Source: Atractiella rhizophila
Taxonomy: Eukaryota
DNA length: 64,000 nt
Assembly: GCA_021432655.1 (NCBI GenBank)
Contig: MU271228.1
Span: 1 to 64,000 of the forward strand
Direction: 5' to 3'
Position 1 is the first letter of the stretch. The number at the start of each line of letters is the position of its first letter. The notes beneath the pieces were generated by a model that worked only from the letters and a program-made list of their open reading frames with translations, was not told the DNA's origin and ran no database searches. This document shows positions 1 to 12,056 of this stretch, one piece after another. A program made the position numbers and the translations under genes.

Positions 1-476
1 ACCCGCGGCGACGGTACTGGTGGAAAGTCAATCTATGGAGCCAAATTCCCTGACGAGAACTTCAAGCTGAGGCACACTGGACCGTTCGTCTTCACCCTCC
101 CCTCCTGAAGGACTTGAGTTGACATCGCTTGCTCCCTAGCGGACTTTTGTCCATGGCCAACAGCGGAAAGGATACAAACGGCTCTCAATTCTTCAGTATG
201 TCCTTCTATACCTCCTTCCTCCGCTGCTGACTAGTAAACTAACTTGGCAACGATTGAATAGTCACCACGGTCACCACCTCTTGGCTTGACGGCCGCCACG
301 TCGTCTTCGGCAAAGTATTGAGCGGCATGGACGTCGTGACCGCGATCGAGAATGTAGCTAAAGGATCGAACGATAGACCGGTGGAAGAGGTGAAGATTGT
401 GGACAGTGGAGAGCTCCCATTGGAATTGGAGGTCGATTCGGAGGGTAAACAGATCCCTTTGAGGGCGGAATTGTGA
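1..476 (+). CDS. Cyclophilin B-type peptidyl-prolyl isomerase (ER), 3' portion; 2 introns visible
   Basis: Spliced translation [71 protein letters not shown]; cyclophilin signature plus HDEL-like C-terminal RAEL. Confidence 0.92.
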
Positions 477-1189
477 CTCGCTAGGTTCGTCTTGCTCTTT
501 CTCCTACTCCTTTATTGCTCCATCGAGGTGTGGTCGGCTGATGGTTCTTGTGGATGTAATTGTAGGCTCTTGAAGTACGAATTGATCGCTTGAGAGCTTT
601 GCGATGTTAATTAGAAAGCGGAGCGAGGTCGTATTTCGAGAGCAAGCGAAAGAAAATTAAGGAGGCGGTGATAGTTGTACTCAAGCTATTCCTTGCGTAA
701 TCAAAACCTGCATTTCAGGAACTCAGCTTCAAATGACTGGCCGTCCACTCTACATAAGGCGAGCACAACATTATGGATATCGCGATCATACTCTACAAAA
801 TTAAGAATCATAAGCGTGAAGAAGTCGATGATACTAGCAGATGTTGTGTTAGCAAGGTACCTGCGTCCTGTTATTAGTCGTACTGCCAATGCAAAGGACT
901 GGGAGCGCTCCTGCTATGATAGCTTTTTGGGCGTTGAACGTTGAAAGTTGAACTTTGCTCCAAGAAAATGACCTGCCGACCTGCCACCTACCAGCTCTAG
1001 GTTTGGAGCAACACTCATTTGTCCTTGCACACGCTAAGTCATGATTTGACATGCTAGTAAAAGATTGTCGTGTTGTCTATTCCATATGCCATCATACATT
1101 ACGAGCACGATGTGCTCGACCCATCACTCATGTTTGGTATCCTTCGGCTCTATAAAACCACAAATGTAAATAACAGGCCACTCACTGAT

Positions 1190-2076
1190 CTACGCCATAA
1201 AACATCTAAACAATCGAGCCCCTTCCTTCTCCTCTCCTCCCTCCACTTCAATTTCCTCCCACTGCCATCCTTCCTTCTTGAACAGGGTCCAAAAGCGCTT
1301 GTCGGCCTTCCTTCGTTTCTTTGAAGCCATCAAGACCTCTACCTTTCCTTCCATGCCTCCGCATAATTTCCAGAGGGAGGAAAGTGTGGAAATTAAAGGA
1401 GAAAACAAGGTTTCGAGGTAGATGCAGTCGGAGAGAAGGATTAATGTCGGTTTAGATGATAGTACCCAAGACGGCAACGGGTCTCCCCTACATCGTTTAA
1501 GATCAATTATTATCCTGAACGTCCGCATGCAGATATCCTGGAGAAATAAACTCACCAAAATAGTTCTCTAGCTTGTATACGATCTTGTCCATCCCCATAA
1601 TTGTCTCTCACGTTCCTATCCATCAGTTCCACCATGCTCCCAACATCAGATATCACTATCTTGCCCTCCCACATACGTCCCAAGCCCAATCCGACAGCTC
1701 CAGTGCCAGCACCAAGTTCAAGACAGTGTGTATGCTTCGATAGGGAAGACAGTGACTCGGGACGGGAAAGGTAACGTGTAAGAACGAGAGAAGATGGCCA
1801 CAGATGGCCACCACATCCTTTTCACCAAAAACCAACATATCAACAAAATTGATGTAAAAGGGGGAATTGTTTACCAGGTAACGGATCAAGCGTCAACGTC
1901 AGAGGTGAATAAGGCTTCAGGTGCTCCCAGCCTGGGAGAGTCGACATATGGAGTGTTTCCAGGCGTCTGTCTGCTGCCAGAGACGTCGACTCCAAAGAAG
2001 TGCGGTTTTGCTCGCCCTCGGAATCTGACCCGAATGCGGGAAGAAGAGGAGAGGGTGATCGCGAAGAGGTAGACAT
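1190..2076 (-). CDS. Protein-lysine N-methyltransferase, EFM6/METTL21 (family 16) type; 2 introns
   Basis: Spliced: DPLPG-CGGHLWPSS..LELGAGTGAVG (SAM-binding motif I)..ISD..LFW-GDPLP..LLSDCIYLETLF..KKRRKADKRFW. Confidence 0.85.
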
Positions 2077-3476
2077 AGGTGTGATAAATCAGGATCTACC
2101 AATGGACCAGTTAGTCAGGTTGAAAGTTAAAGAAGCAATAGATGACAAGCTGCATGGATGTGCAGGTTTCGGTATATATGATGGATGAAGGACTTTTCGG
2201 CTAGTCAGAGTATGAGGAACAAATATAGGGTATCATGCATTCCTTCTTGTTCTCCCAAGTCACGTCTGTAAGGAAAGGGGTCATTTGATCCTGTTAAGGA
2301 AATGGCGCTCCAACCAGAAGATAATTCAGGGAAAGCGGAAGACTATCGATGTACCAGTGATTATCGATTATTTTCCTTCCTTTTCTCAAAGATCCTAATA
2401 AATCCTGATTGATGAAGACTGTTTCCTGAGGCCAACATAAAATGCGTAACATATAGAATGCAAATCAATATTTATTCCATGCCATGCTGCTCATATTTGT
2501 TTTGATTTTGGTGGTCAGCCTTGTGCTATTCTTCGCATTTGAAGTTCAGAGATTGATTTGAAAATATAATGCCTTGCTTATAGCACTCAACGGGTTTAGT
2601 TATTCCGCGAAGAAAATGGGATACAGCATCGTCCCAAAGAAAACGCATATCTTCAAACGTTAATGGTTTTTCGAAACGGATCTGACTTTATCAACATTCA
2701 ATACGGTAACATGTAGCAATATTATCAGTACATATGCTTGATTTTTAATGAAATGAGAAACAAACGGGCCTCATGTATAGAACACTTTGTCGCCGACGGT
2801 GCAACAGGACGTCAACTAGCTCCTTGTTCAATCTCGCGGGTTAAGCTGCAGCAACATGTGAGCTGCTATGTAGATCATGAAGGAATCGCATCAATCCACT
2901 CTCAACATCGGCTGAACGGAACATGACTGTCTGCTGGACGCTGAGCGGACACGGCGAGGCGGTTCCACTTCACTCAGGCTTGCCCAGGCTAGATTTATCG
3001 GACACTCACCTCAGGGTCTCCCTTATTTCTTCCCTGAGCTACTTAGCAGCCTACTATATATCAGCCTCTGATCTCAAAAGTTGAATCTGTTGTCTGTTCT
3101 TGTGCGATCGGAACACTAAACAAAAGTATTGCGACAACTGACTTCAGCCACCATCACCGCACCCAACCGCCTCTCCTCCTGCGAACACCGCGATATAGCT
3201 AGGACTTTGACTAGCATTTAATAGCCGATTGCTGAGGTTATAACGGGAGACTGTCCCACGTTCGGTTTCGGCGAGGGACAGGCCATCGATACACTCTAGC
3301 ACCCGGCCAGCAGACCGAACTCCACAGGGATAAAACCGCGCCTGCTAGCCAATTTTTGCACTTCTTCCTCCTCTCCAACTCGCTTCTATACGAAAAGGGA
3401 TCATTATTGTGGATTATTGTTAGGGACTGGGTGACGGTGGCATTTGAGTGAGTCCTGCTCAGTAATCATCGCGGAC

Positions 3477-6400
3477 ATGAGGGGAGCTGAGGAAGTGGGT
3501 CTGGAAGGAACGATGCCTCTCTTCAAATCCAACCATCCACCACAGGCGGAACCCAACTCATCCGTCGGAGACCCCGCCGCTGCCTCTCCTCCCGAAGCTG
3601 CACAAGGCACAGCGCCTCCCTCTTCGTCCGACTCCTCCTCTCCCACCTTCAACTCGGGCAAACATACCACGCCGTCCAAGCAAGTGAACAAGCAGAGGTC
3701 GCCGCGCGTTGCGGCAGGATCGACGAAGAAGGTCTCCCTATGGGAGAGGTGGAAGAATGTCGATGTTCTTGCTTATTTCTTCTCCCCGAAGCCTCCTTCC
3801 AAGTTCGGGAGGACGCTCTTTATTGCCCAACCGCTCCCTGAAGAGTCTATGGCGCTCCAGCATAAGGTCTTGTTGAGGAAGGGGAATAAGGAGAAGGGCA
3901 AGAAGGCGTGGGGGCTTGGAGGGAAGAAGAAGGCGGTGAACCAGGAAGAAGGCTGGCTGTTCGCGACTAATCAGGTGCTCACCTCAAAGTACAACATTTT
4001 CACATTTGTGCCGAAAAACTTGTTGGAGCAGTTCAGGCGTGTGGCTAACGTCTTTTTCTTGGGTACGTACTCTCTTCTGTTAATAATATAGAATTAGATC
4101 GCCTTGACGGTTCTTGAAATTAGTACTTGTCATCCTCCAGTTCTTCCCCATCTTTCAGAACGTCTCTCCCGCACTGGCCGCTTTTCCGTTGCTCACCGTT
4201 CTCGCCATCACGGCTTTGAAAGACGGTTATGAGGACATAAAGCGACACGAATCAGATCGACGTACCAATGGGATTGAATGCCTCGCGCTCCGCACCGGAG
4301 AAGAACATGAAGGCCTGCATCTCCCCCATCTCTTCAGTCATAATGAGGAGGGTCGAGAGGTACCTTTCAATCCGAACCACACCGAGAATAAGGAAAAGAA
4401 GATCAATGTCCCTGGCGCGAGCTGGTTGATGTCTAAGATCTTGAGAAAGAAACCGGAGGTCGGTGATTTGGAGGCTGGAGATGCGGAAGGCCAGAGGGAC
4501 GAGAAGTCTGAAGTTGATGGTGGACGAGGAGAAAGGAGGAGGACTGGTTGGTGGGGACGTCGAACGGTGAAGCGGAAAGCTAGGAAGGAACAAAAGGAGA
4601 AAGAGATCAAAGAGAAGGGTGGGAATAAAGAGTCGGTAATCGTACAAAACACCGTGGCTCCCGCTCAGCTCTCCGGTGGTGCCGCTCCATCCCAGACTGC
4701 TCAACCAGAACCTGAATCCACGACTCCGAAACATCCACACTGGGCAACCACGACCTGGGAAGATATCAAAGTCGGCCAACTCCTTCTCCTCCGTTCTGAC
4801 GACTCTGTTCCTGCCGACTGCCTCATCCTTGCTACCTCGGAGGAAGAGAACGTCTGTTATGTCGAGACAAAAAATTTGGACGGTGAAACGAACCTCAAAT
4901 CTCGGTCTGCGGTCGGTGGTGGCCTTGGAGAACTCCTTGGTGGAGAGGACACGCAAGATGGACAGCCAAAGAAAAGGCCGGACGCGGAGGATGTTGTGAA
5001 GAAGATCAGGGCGAAGGGAGGGTTCAGGATCGAGAGCGAGAGGCCGGATACGAACATGTTCAAGTATAATGGCGCTTTGGTTTTGCAGGGAGGAGAGTTC
5101 GACAAGTACCCCATCACCATCAATGAGATGCTACTGCGAGGATGCGTCGTCAGGAATACGGATTGGGTGCTTTGTGTGGCGGTCTTCACCGGAAGGGACA
5201 GCAAAATTGTCCTTAATTCGGGAGGAACCCCAAGCAAGAGGAGTAGGATTGAGAAGCAAATGAATCCTCAAGTGTGCGTCTTCCTCTTTATTATTCTCTC
5301 TTCGTTGAGGCTGATGCAATTATTGTTCCCCAACACAGGTTCCTCAATCTGGCGCTCCTCGGAGTCATGTGCGTTCTCTGCGGTGTTGGCGACCACTTTT
5401 TGGAGGTTTACTACTATCATCGCAACTCTTATTGGACGGTGAACGAGAATCGAAGTGACGATAATCCGAACTTCAACGGCTTGATCACGTTCTTGAACGG
5501 AATGATCACTTTCCAGAACGTCGTCCCCATCTCTCTCTACATCTCCATTGAGTTTGTTCGCACCACCCAGGCGTTCTATATCTACATGGACAACGATATT
5601 TGGTATCGTACCACGCCTGAAGGAAAGCTCATCGAAGGAGATCACCAAGCTGATAAGGGTGGTGTGGATAGAAGGACGACCGCAAAGAGCTGGAATTTGT
5701 CAGATGATCTCGGACAAGTGGAATACATTTTCTCGGACAAGACCGGAACGCTCACGCAGAACTCGATGGTGTTTAGACGGTGCGAAGTTGGAGGGAAAGT
5801 GTACTCTGGGACTGAGAGGAAGAGGGAAGGAGAGGGAGAGGACGGAGAGAAAACAAGCGGGGACGGGGCGACTCGCATCGCAAGTCTGGAGGAAGCGACC
5901 AGCGAAAGCGATGCTAGCATTGGCCTCCCCAAACCCGAAGGACTCCCCAAAACGACCGCGGACCTCCCCAACAACTTTTTCGATGCTAGCCTTAACCGCG
6001 ATCTGTCCGAAGACCCTGACTCTGCTCAAGCTCGAAAACTTCATGGATTCTTCACCAATCTCGCTTTGTGTCACACCGTCCTAGCTGCCGAAGACGAAGA
6101 CGGAACACTCCACTACAAGGCTCAATCTCCCGATGAGTCCGCATTGGTACAAGCCGCTGCCGATGTCGGTTTCATATTCTTGGGTCGCGATAAGAATGTG
6201 CTCAGATTGGCGACGCCAGGTTCGGAGGACATTTCGGAATGGGAACTTCTGAATGTGCTCGAGTTCACAAGTGCTAGGAAGAGGATGAGCATCGTTGTGC
6301 GTCGCCTAGGAGTGAGGGAGGACAGGAGTAGTACCGTTGAAGGAGACCTCAACCGTATGGTTGAGGGAACTGGCAGACTTTTCCTTCTCACCAAAGGAGC

Positions 6401-9099
6401 GGACAATGTCATTTTCGAGCGCCTGGCACCCGGTCAAGACTCCGTGAAAGCTGATGCGGATTCGGCATTGGAGGACTTCGCGAATGAGGGTCTGAGGACG
6501 CTGTGTCTGGCTTTCAAAGAGTTGAATGAGGATGACTACCAGGATTGGAACATGCGATACAACGATGCGACGACCTTGATTGAGGGCAGAGATGAAAAGA
6601 TGGAGGAACTTGCGAGTGAATTTGAGAGCAACCTCCAGTTTCTGGGGAGCACAGCAATTGAGGATAAGCTTCAAGATGGCGTTCCAGAGACTATAGCGGA
6701 TTTGAGAAGGGCGGGAATCAAGATTTGGGTCGCAACAGGGGATAAACTCGAAACTGCAATCGGTACGTTCTTCTGTTCACTTCCTCAACATTAGTTGAGA
6801 CAGAGAACAGCCATCGGAAAGACATGTAATCTGATCTCGAAGGATATGAACCTCATCATCATTCGCGGTTCAGAGTTCGACGCTGGTCCTCGGTCTGCCT
6901 ACTCACAGATTGCGATGGCTCTGGAGAAGTTCTTCGACGCCGGAGATGTGATCGCCAACCAGCTTAACCAACCTCCCAACCATGACCATCTTGGTGAAAC
7001 GCCGCGTCAATCCATGCAACGTAGCCGACCATCCGTTGGACTCCGCCGTTCGGGTGATCATTCTCGGCCAGGTGTCAAACGTGCTCCAACCGGTCTCAGC
7101 GACATCGTTGGAGACAATAATGGTCAGAAAGGAGGTGGATATGGGCTGGTCATCGATGGCGGATCTTTGACACACGCTTTCGCTGAACCATTCACTAAGG
7201 ATCTTCTCCTCGAACTTTCCACCAGATGTAACACTGTCGTCTGCTGCCGTACCTCTCCCCTTCAGAAAGCTTTGATCGTAAAATTGGTCAAAGATGGGCT
7301 GGGTGCTCTTTGCTTAGCTATTGGTGACGGTGCCAATGACGTGTCGATGATCCAGGCAAGCTGTTTTACTTTTCGCTGAAATCGTCTTGCTGACCTCCAT
7401 GCGACGATCTAGGCCGCCGATGTCGGAGTCGGTGTCGCAGGGGAGGAAGGCCTGCAAGCTGTTAACTCTTCAGACTATGCTATTGCCCAGTTCCGCTACC
7501 TAAAACGCCTCTTGCTCGTCCATGGCCATCTCTCTTATTTCAGGAATTCCAGCATGATTGTCAACTTTTTCGAAAAGGAAATCATCGGTATTGGAATCTT
7601 GTTTTGGTTCCAGTTTTACTGCTTACTGTCCACAACTACGGTAAGTGTCCTTAAGAATAAACGATGCGGATTTCTTAAGAATAAGGCAGGTTTATGAATA
7701 TACATTCCTTTTATTCTACAATGTCTTCTGGACCCTCGTACCCGTCCTTGCCATTGGTATTTTCGACTTCGACCTCAGGCCAAGGACTTTGATGGCTGTT
7801 CCGGAAGTTTATCGCTTTGGTAGGCAAGGTCTGTGGTTTGGACTCAAGCGCTTCTCTTGGTATATGTTGGAAGGTATACTTCAAGTTCGTTCTGTTCTCC
7901 ACCACCCTGGATCATACTAAATGAAGGCCATTTGCAGTCCTTGGTCGTATATTTCACCATCCTTTATACATACGATACTACCACAGCTCGAGGCGACGGT
8001 TATGATGTGTACTTGTACGAATTCAGCACGGTCATGATTATTTCTGCTGTCTTCACCTGCAACTTCTTCAATGGCTTCAACACAAGAGCTTGGAATTGGT
8101 GGGTGCTATGTGGAGTCTTAATTGGTGTGTTCCTTCTTGCCACGATATAGTTTCCCTAACAAATCGACAGGTCCCGTCCTCATCGTTTCCTACGGCGCTG
8201 TCTATCAGGCCATCAGTCCTGGATGGATCTGGACACCGGTTTATGGAAACAACAAGTTCATCTTTACTGCATGCAACGCTTACTTCAGCTTCCTCGTGCC
8301 GATATTCATTTGTCTTGTTCCGCGATACGCCTGGCGGTACTACAAGGAACTGTATCATCCGTATGTGTTCAGCGACTTTCCTGTTTACCGAACCCTAACC
8401 AATGTCTCAAGGACCGACATTGACATTCTTCGTTACGTGGAACATGTCGATCCAAAACACGACTTCGAGAACGATCCAATGATGCCAGGGGTGAGGGAAA
8501 AGCAACGATTTACAGATGATGCGAGTCAAGAAGACCTCGAGCCTCTTCGTGCTCCATCCAGGCCGGTCATGCACGATTCCGTTGAACTCGGAAGAGTCGT
8601 CAGTGCAAGAAGTCAAACTCATGACATGTCATCACCCACTTTGGGCGCGGCGAGGTTGACGGGATATGCGTTTTCCCAAGACGATAGCGTTGGGGCTCGT
8701 GCTCTGGGTGGCCCAATTCGGCGCTATACTTCCAGTCAGCAACTTTTTCTCGCAGTTGCCAGCGCTAATTGATTTGTTACAGATTTGAGCACAGAGAACC
8801 GACCGCGTAGTCGATCGATTAAGGTGGCCGGAGTGGAAATCGGCTTTCCCGCTCTGCACAAGAAAGCGACAAACCAATCTCTTCGACGATCCGTCTTCCG
8901 AAGAACAAGTAAGGCGAAGGATACGGCCAACCTCGCTCCTGGAGACGTCACACCGAAACGGGAAGGGTTATTGGGGAGACTGTCAAGAGGCAATTCGTCT
9001 GCTTCTGCCACTTTTGGCCTCCGTCCTGGTTCGTCAGCGGGTGAGACGCTTCCGGAGGAACGGACGTCAGAACAAGACGGTGCGCCAACGAGATCATGA
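3477..9099 (+). CDS. P4-type ATPase, phospholipid flippase (Dnf1/Dnf2-like), multi-exon
   Basis: [51 protein letters not shown] phosphorylation site, [35 protein letters not shown]; start codon uncertain (3477 or 3513). Confidence 0.96.
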
Positions 9100-9523
9100 C
9101 CCCAGTTAACAGGGACTTTGCTGCGGTCTTAACCTCCATTTCCAAACATTTCTCAGTGTGATTCCTGTCGCTCTCACTTCTCTAGATCCTTACGCTAATC
9201 CTACCTATTACCCTTTGTCATTTCACATCATTTCCACGTACCGCTGTGAATTACCTTTACTTTCTTTCATCCACGATGATCCTCTTGATAGCCTCTCCCT
9301 TGTTGGCAACTTATACCACCTTTTTGACGAACATTGTTTTAGAATGATTGTATCAATTTTGGCGCTCAATGGTCATGTTTTGGAATAACCTCATTTAGGG
9401 TGATGCCCATCTCTTGGACTCGTACTCGCATCCAGTATCTCATAACTCATGAAACCTGAAGGAAGCACTGAAGCCCAGCATGCCAAAACTTGTTCGGTTG
9501 GTTCAGCTCGTGACCATTGCCTG

Positions 9524-9719
9524 ATATCCATTCTGGCCTTTTGGCTTAGATCAAGTGTAGTATCTGTTCTTTGAAGTGTAATTGCTTCAAAGCCTCATCG
9601 AGGCTTATAAATCAATTACTCTAATCTTTCCCTGCTTGTGAAGTCGCCTTGGGCTTGCTCACGGCCTTTACACGATGTCCTTGCCCTCACACTACCGGCT
9701 TGCGATGTCAAGGCACTCA
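9524..9719 (+). ncRNA. U2: U2 spliceosomal snRNA (3' half divergent)
   Basis: GGCCTTTTGGCTTAGATCAAGTGTAGTATCTGTTCTT matches the U2 5' core including branch-recognition GUAGUA (9557-9562); stem IIa CTTTGAAG/CTTCAAAG, IIc complement CAATTAC, stem III with GCTTGC apex; ends approximate. Confidence 0.93.
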
Positions 9720-9820
9720 ATTTTTTTCATCATCTTACACGATATCTCTGTTCTCCGAGAGCTCTAAACCAAATCATTGCATTGCAGTCTGTGCTCATGT
9801 TCATGCAGCATACCAGCTTT

Positions 9821-11009
9821 TCAAAGATTGCTGATCGCAATATTGTCAACGTTCGTTTCGTTCAAATCGGTATCCTCTGGGTCTAAATGATTCTCACTTG
9901 CATACTCTATCCCAGCCAAACCAGAATCAGATCTTGGGCGTCCATATCAAATGTAACTCACCCAAAACGCTACCATCCCAGTTGCCGTCGTCCCTCCTTT
10001 CTACACGCACCTTAGATATGCAGCAATTTCCCACTCTTCTGTCCAAGAATTGGGGAACACCCAGTTGGAGATCTTGGGAAAGCTGGGAGGGAACGGAGTA
10101 TCCACGTTTGATTACCAGGGAGGATATGATGAGACGCCGCACTGGTCCTGCATACGGGACATGAGTAAATGGGTCGCCACTCATTGGGAAAGTAGATATA
10201 CCTCCGTGGGTAACGATCAAAACGTTCACAATGTGGGAACCTGCGGAATCAAGAGGTGTGGTGGACCCAGTCGCTGACGGGAGGAGGTAGTCCCAGAAGT
10301 CGCAAAGTCGCGCTTCGAACTGGTCGACAGTTTCAGCTCCCACATCGCCAGCAGATGTAGTCAAGATGTCAAAGAGTTTGGGGCCCCATGGCAATCCCTG
10401 CAAATGCCTTTCTTAAGTTCAAACTGCATAACCAGATGTAAACGTACCTGCAAAGAGCCTGGAAACTGAAAAATGATATCAATCTACTGGAGACACGTAA
10501 ATGCATTGGAGTGGACACACATGCTCTCGCAGGCGTGGATCAGTATGAACTTGTTTTGCCTCACCAGCTCGCTCCATTATGAGCTCTCCTGTCTTAGGAA
10601 AAAGTCAGAATCCATGTGTTGAACAGGTTGAGTTAATCTTACCTTCCGCGCTCGCTCCAGGTCGCTACTGAAGCAGAAGTCAAATTTCTGTCCAACTCGC
10701 TCGAAATATTTGCCAGTATTGATTGCTTGCTGTACCCCACGCTCCTACAATTCGAGATCAGGCAATGTTGCGATTGGGGCAAACAATCGCTGGAAGTTGG
10801 ATGAAGAATTTACGCTGAGCTTTGTGTCTAAATGCCCTTGAAGGATTTTGGCCTGCAAATATGGGCCATCAGCTTCGTTATCTTGTGGTACTTTATTTCA
10901 AACTTACTACATTTCCGAAGGTCTCTCCGTGACGCTGTAAAAGACCATTCAGCATCAGAATGTCGCAAATCAGGAAGAACCACACCACGATGGTGAAGAT
11001 GACTTTCAT
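9821..11009 (-). CDS. Histidine phosphatase / phosphoglycerate-mutase-like protein (TIGAR-like), many small exons
   Basis: MKVIFTIV-RHGET.., FSSDLERARK, VLIVTHGG, GNCCIS; RHG and THG motifs. Confidence 0.85.
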
Positions 11010-11469
11010 GTCTATTTGTTATGATGATCTTTGATCCACATCCGACTCTTGACAGATCCTTTATAGAGTGGAGGCGGCCAAGTCACATAGTACAACGTTG
11101 CGTGTTGTGGGTCACGGAGGCTAGTCACACTACTATAATACTGGGTTAACTAACTCCTGGTCGTCGTGCCTTCGGCGGTCGAAGAAGGAAAGGAGGCAGA
11201 AACGCTTTACTGCTGTTCAACGTACAACGGGGTTCAAGTTGGTTGATTGGACACTCAGTTGTAATTATCCATGGTAGCAAACTTGAAGGAGGGTTTCCCA
11301 AGCCAAGAGATATTATGCACAACGATACTTTCGATTGTAGATGTACTGTAATGATAGCACTAGTTTGCTAGTAGCCGTCCTTTCCACGAAAGGAAAATTC
11401 GCCTCTGATCACTGCGATGCAACCAACACGAGCTTGCCAACAGCATTGGGGACAACTATGACGGCTCCA

Positions 11470-11745
11470 AGTGTTTCTCACTTGCATATTCTATCCCACC
11501 GAAAAGTGGTGTTACAATTTTGGCATCGATAACACTGCTGAAAGCAACGCGCGTAAAACGTACCTCCCCAAGTCTCCTTCTCTCCCCTCCGGACGCACAG
11601 TAGATATACAGCAATTCCGGACTTCTCTTTCCAGGAACTGAGTGACACCACGTTTCACATCTTGGGAAAATTGTAATGTTGTGCAGTATCCACAATAGAT
11701 TGCAAGGGAGGATATGATGACGTGCCGCACGGGTTTGAGTGGGAC
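11470..11745 (-). pseudogene. Decayed partial duplicate of the 3' exons of the adjacent histidine-phosphatase gene
   Basis: RHVIISSLAIYCGYCTTLQFSQDVKRGVTQFLEREVRNCCISTVR aligns with RRLIISSLVIKRGYSVPSQLSQDLQLGVPQFLDRRVGNCCISKVR (ORF 9927-10403); DNA match TTCTCACTTGCATA[T/C]TCTATCCCA to ~9891; no RHG-containing 5' exons seen. Confidence 0.75.
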
Positions 11746-12056
11746 GATTAACTTCCATTGAGGGAATGGAGGTCAAACTCAGAAGGGATAGTGGAGTAAA
11801 TACGCAAGCAGAGCGTCCATGGAACATGTATTAATAATTTGCAGTCGTCGCATACAGAGAAATATTAGACTCTATCCAAACTTTAAACAAATTATTGCAA
11901 CTTTAATTTCCACAATAGGAAATCGCCTCCACTTAAGATTGTTGGCCTCGCTCTTTCAGTCAGATCAGCACCGTGACTGTCTTGCCAGCTGCATTTCCGA
12001 CATTCAAGTTGCTGTTCCCTACCGCCTCAGCAGATTGCACCGGGATAATTCAAATC

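Noticed and set aside
600..1150. Short ORFs and weak C/D-box-like words between two convergent 3' ends
   Set aside because: No recognisable protein motif or canonical box C/guide pair.
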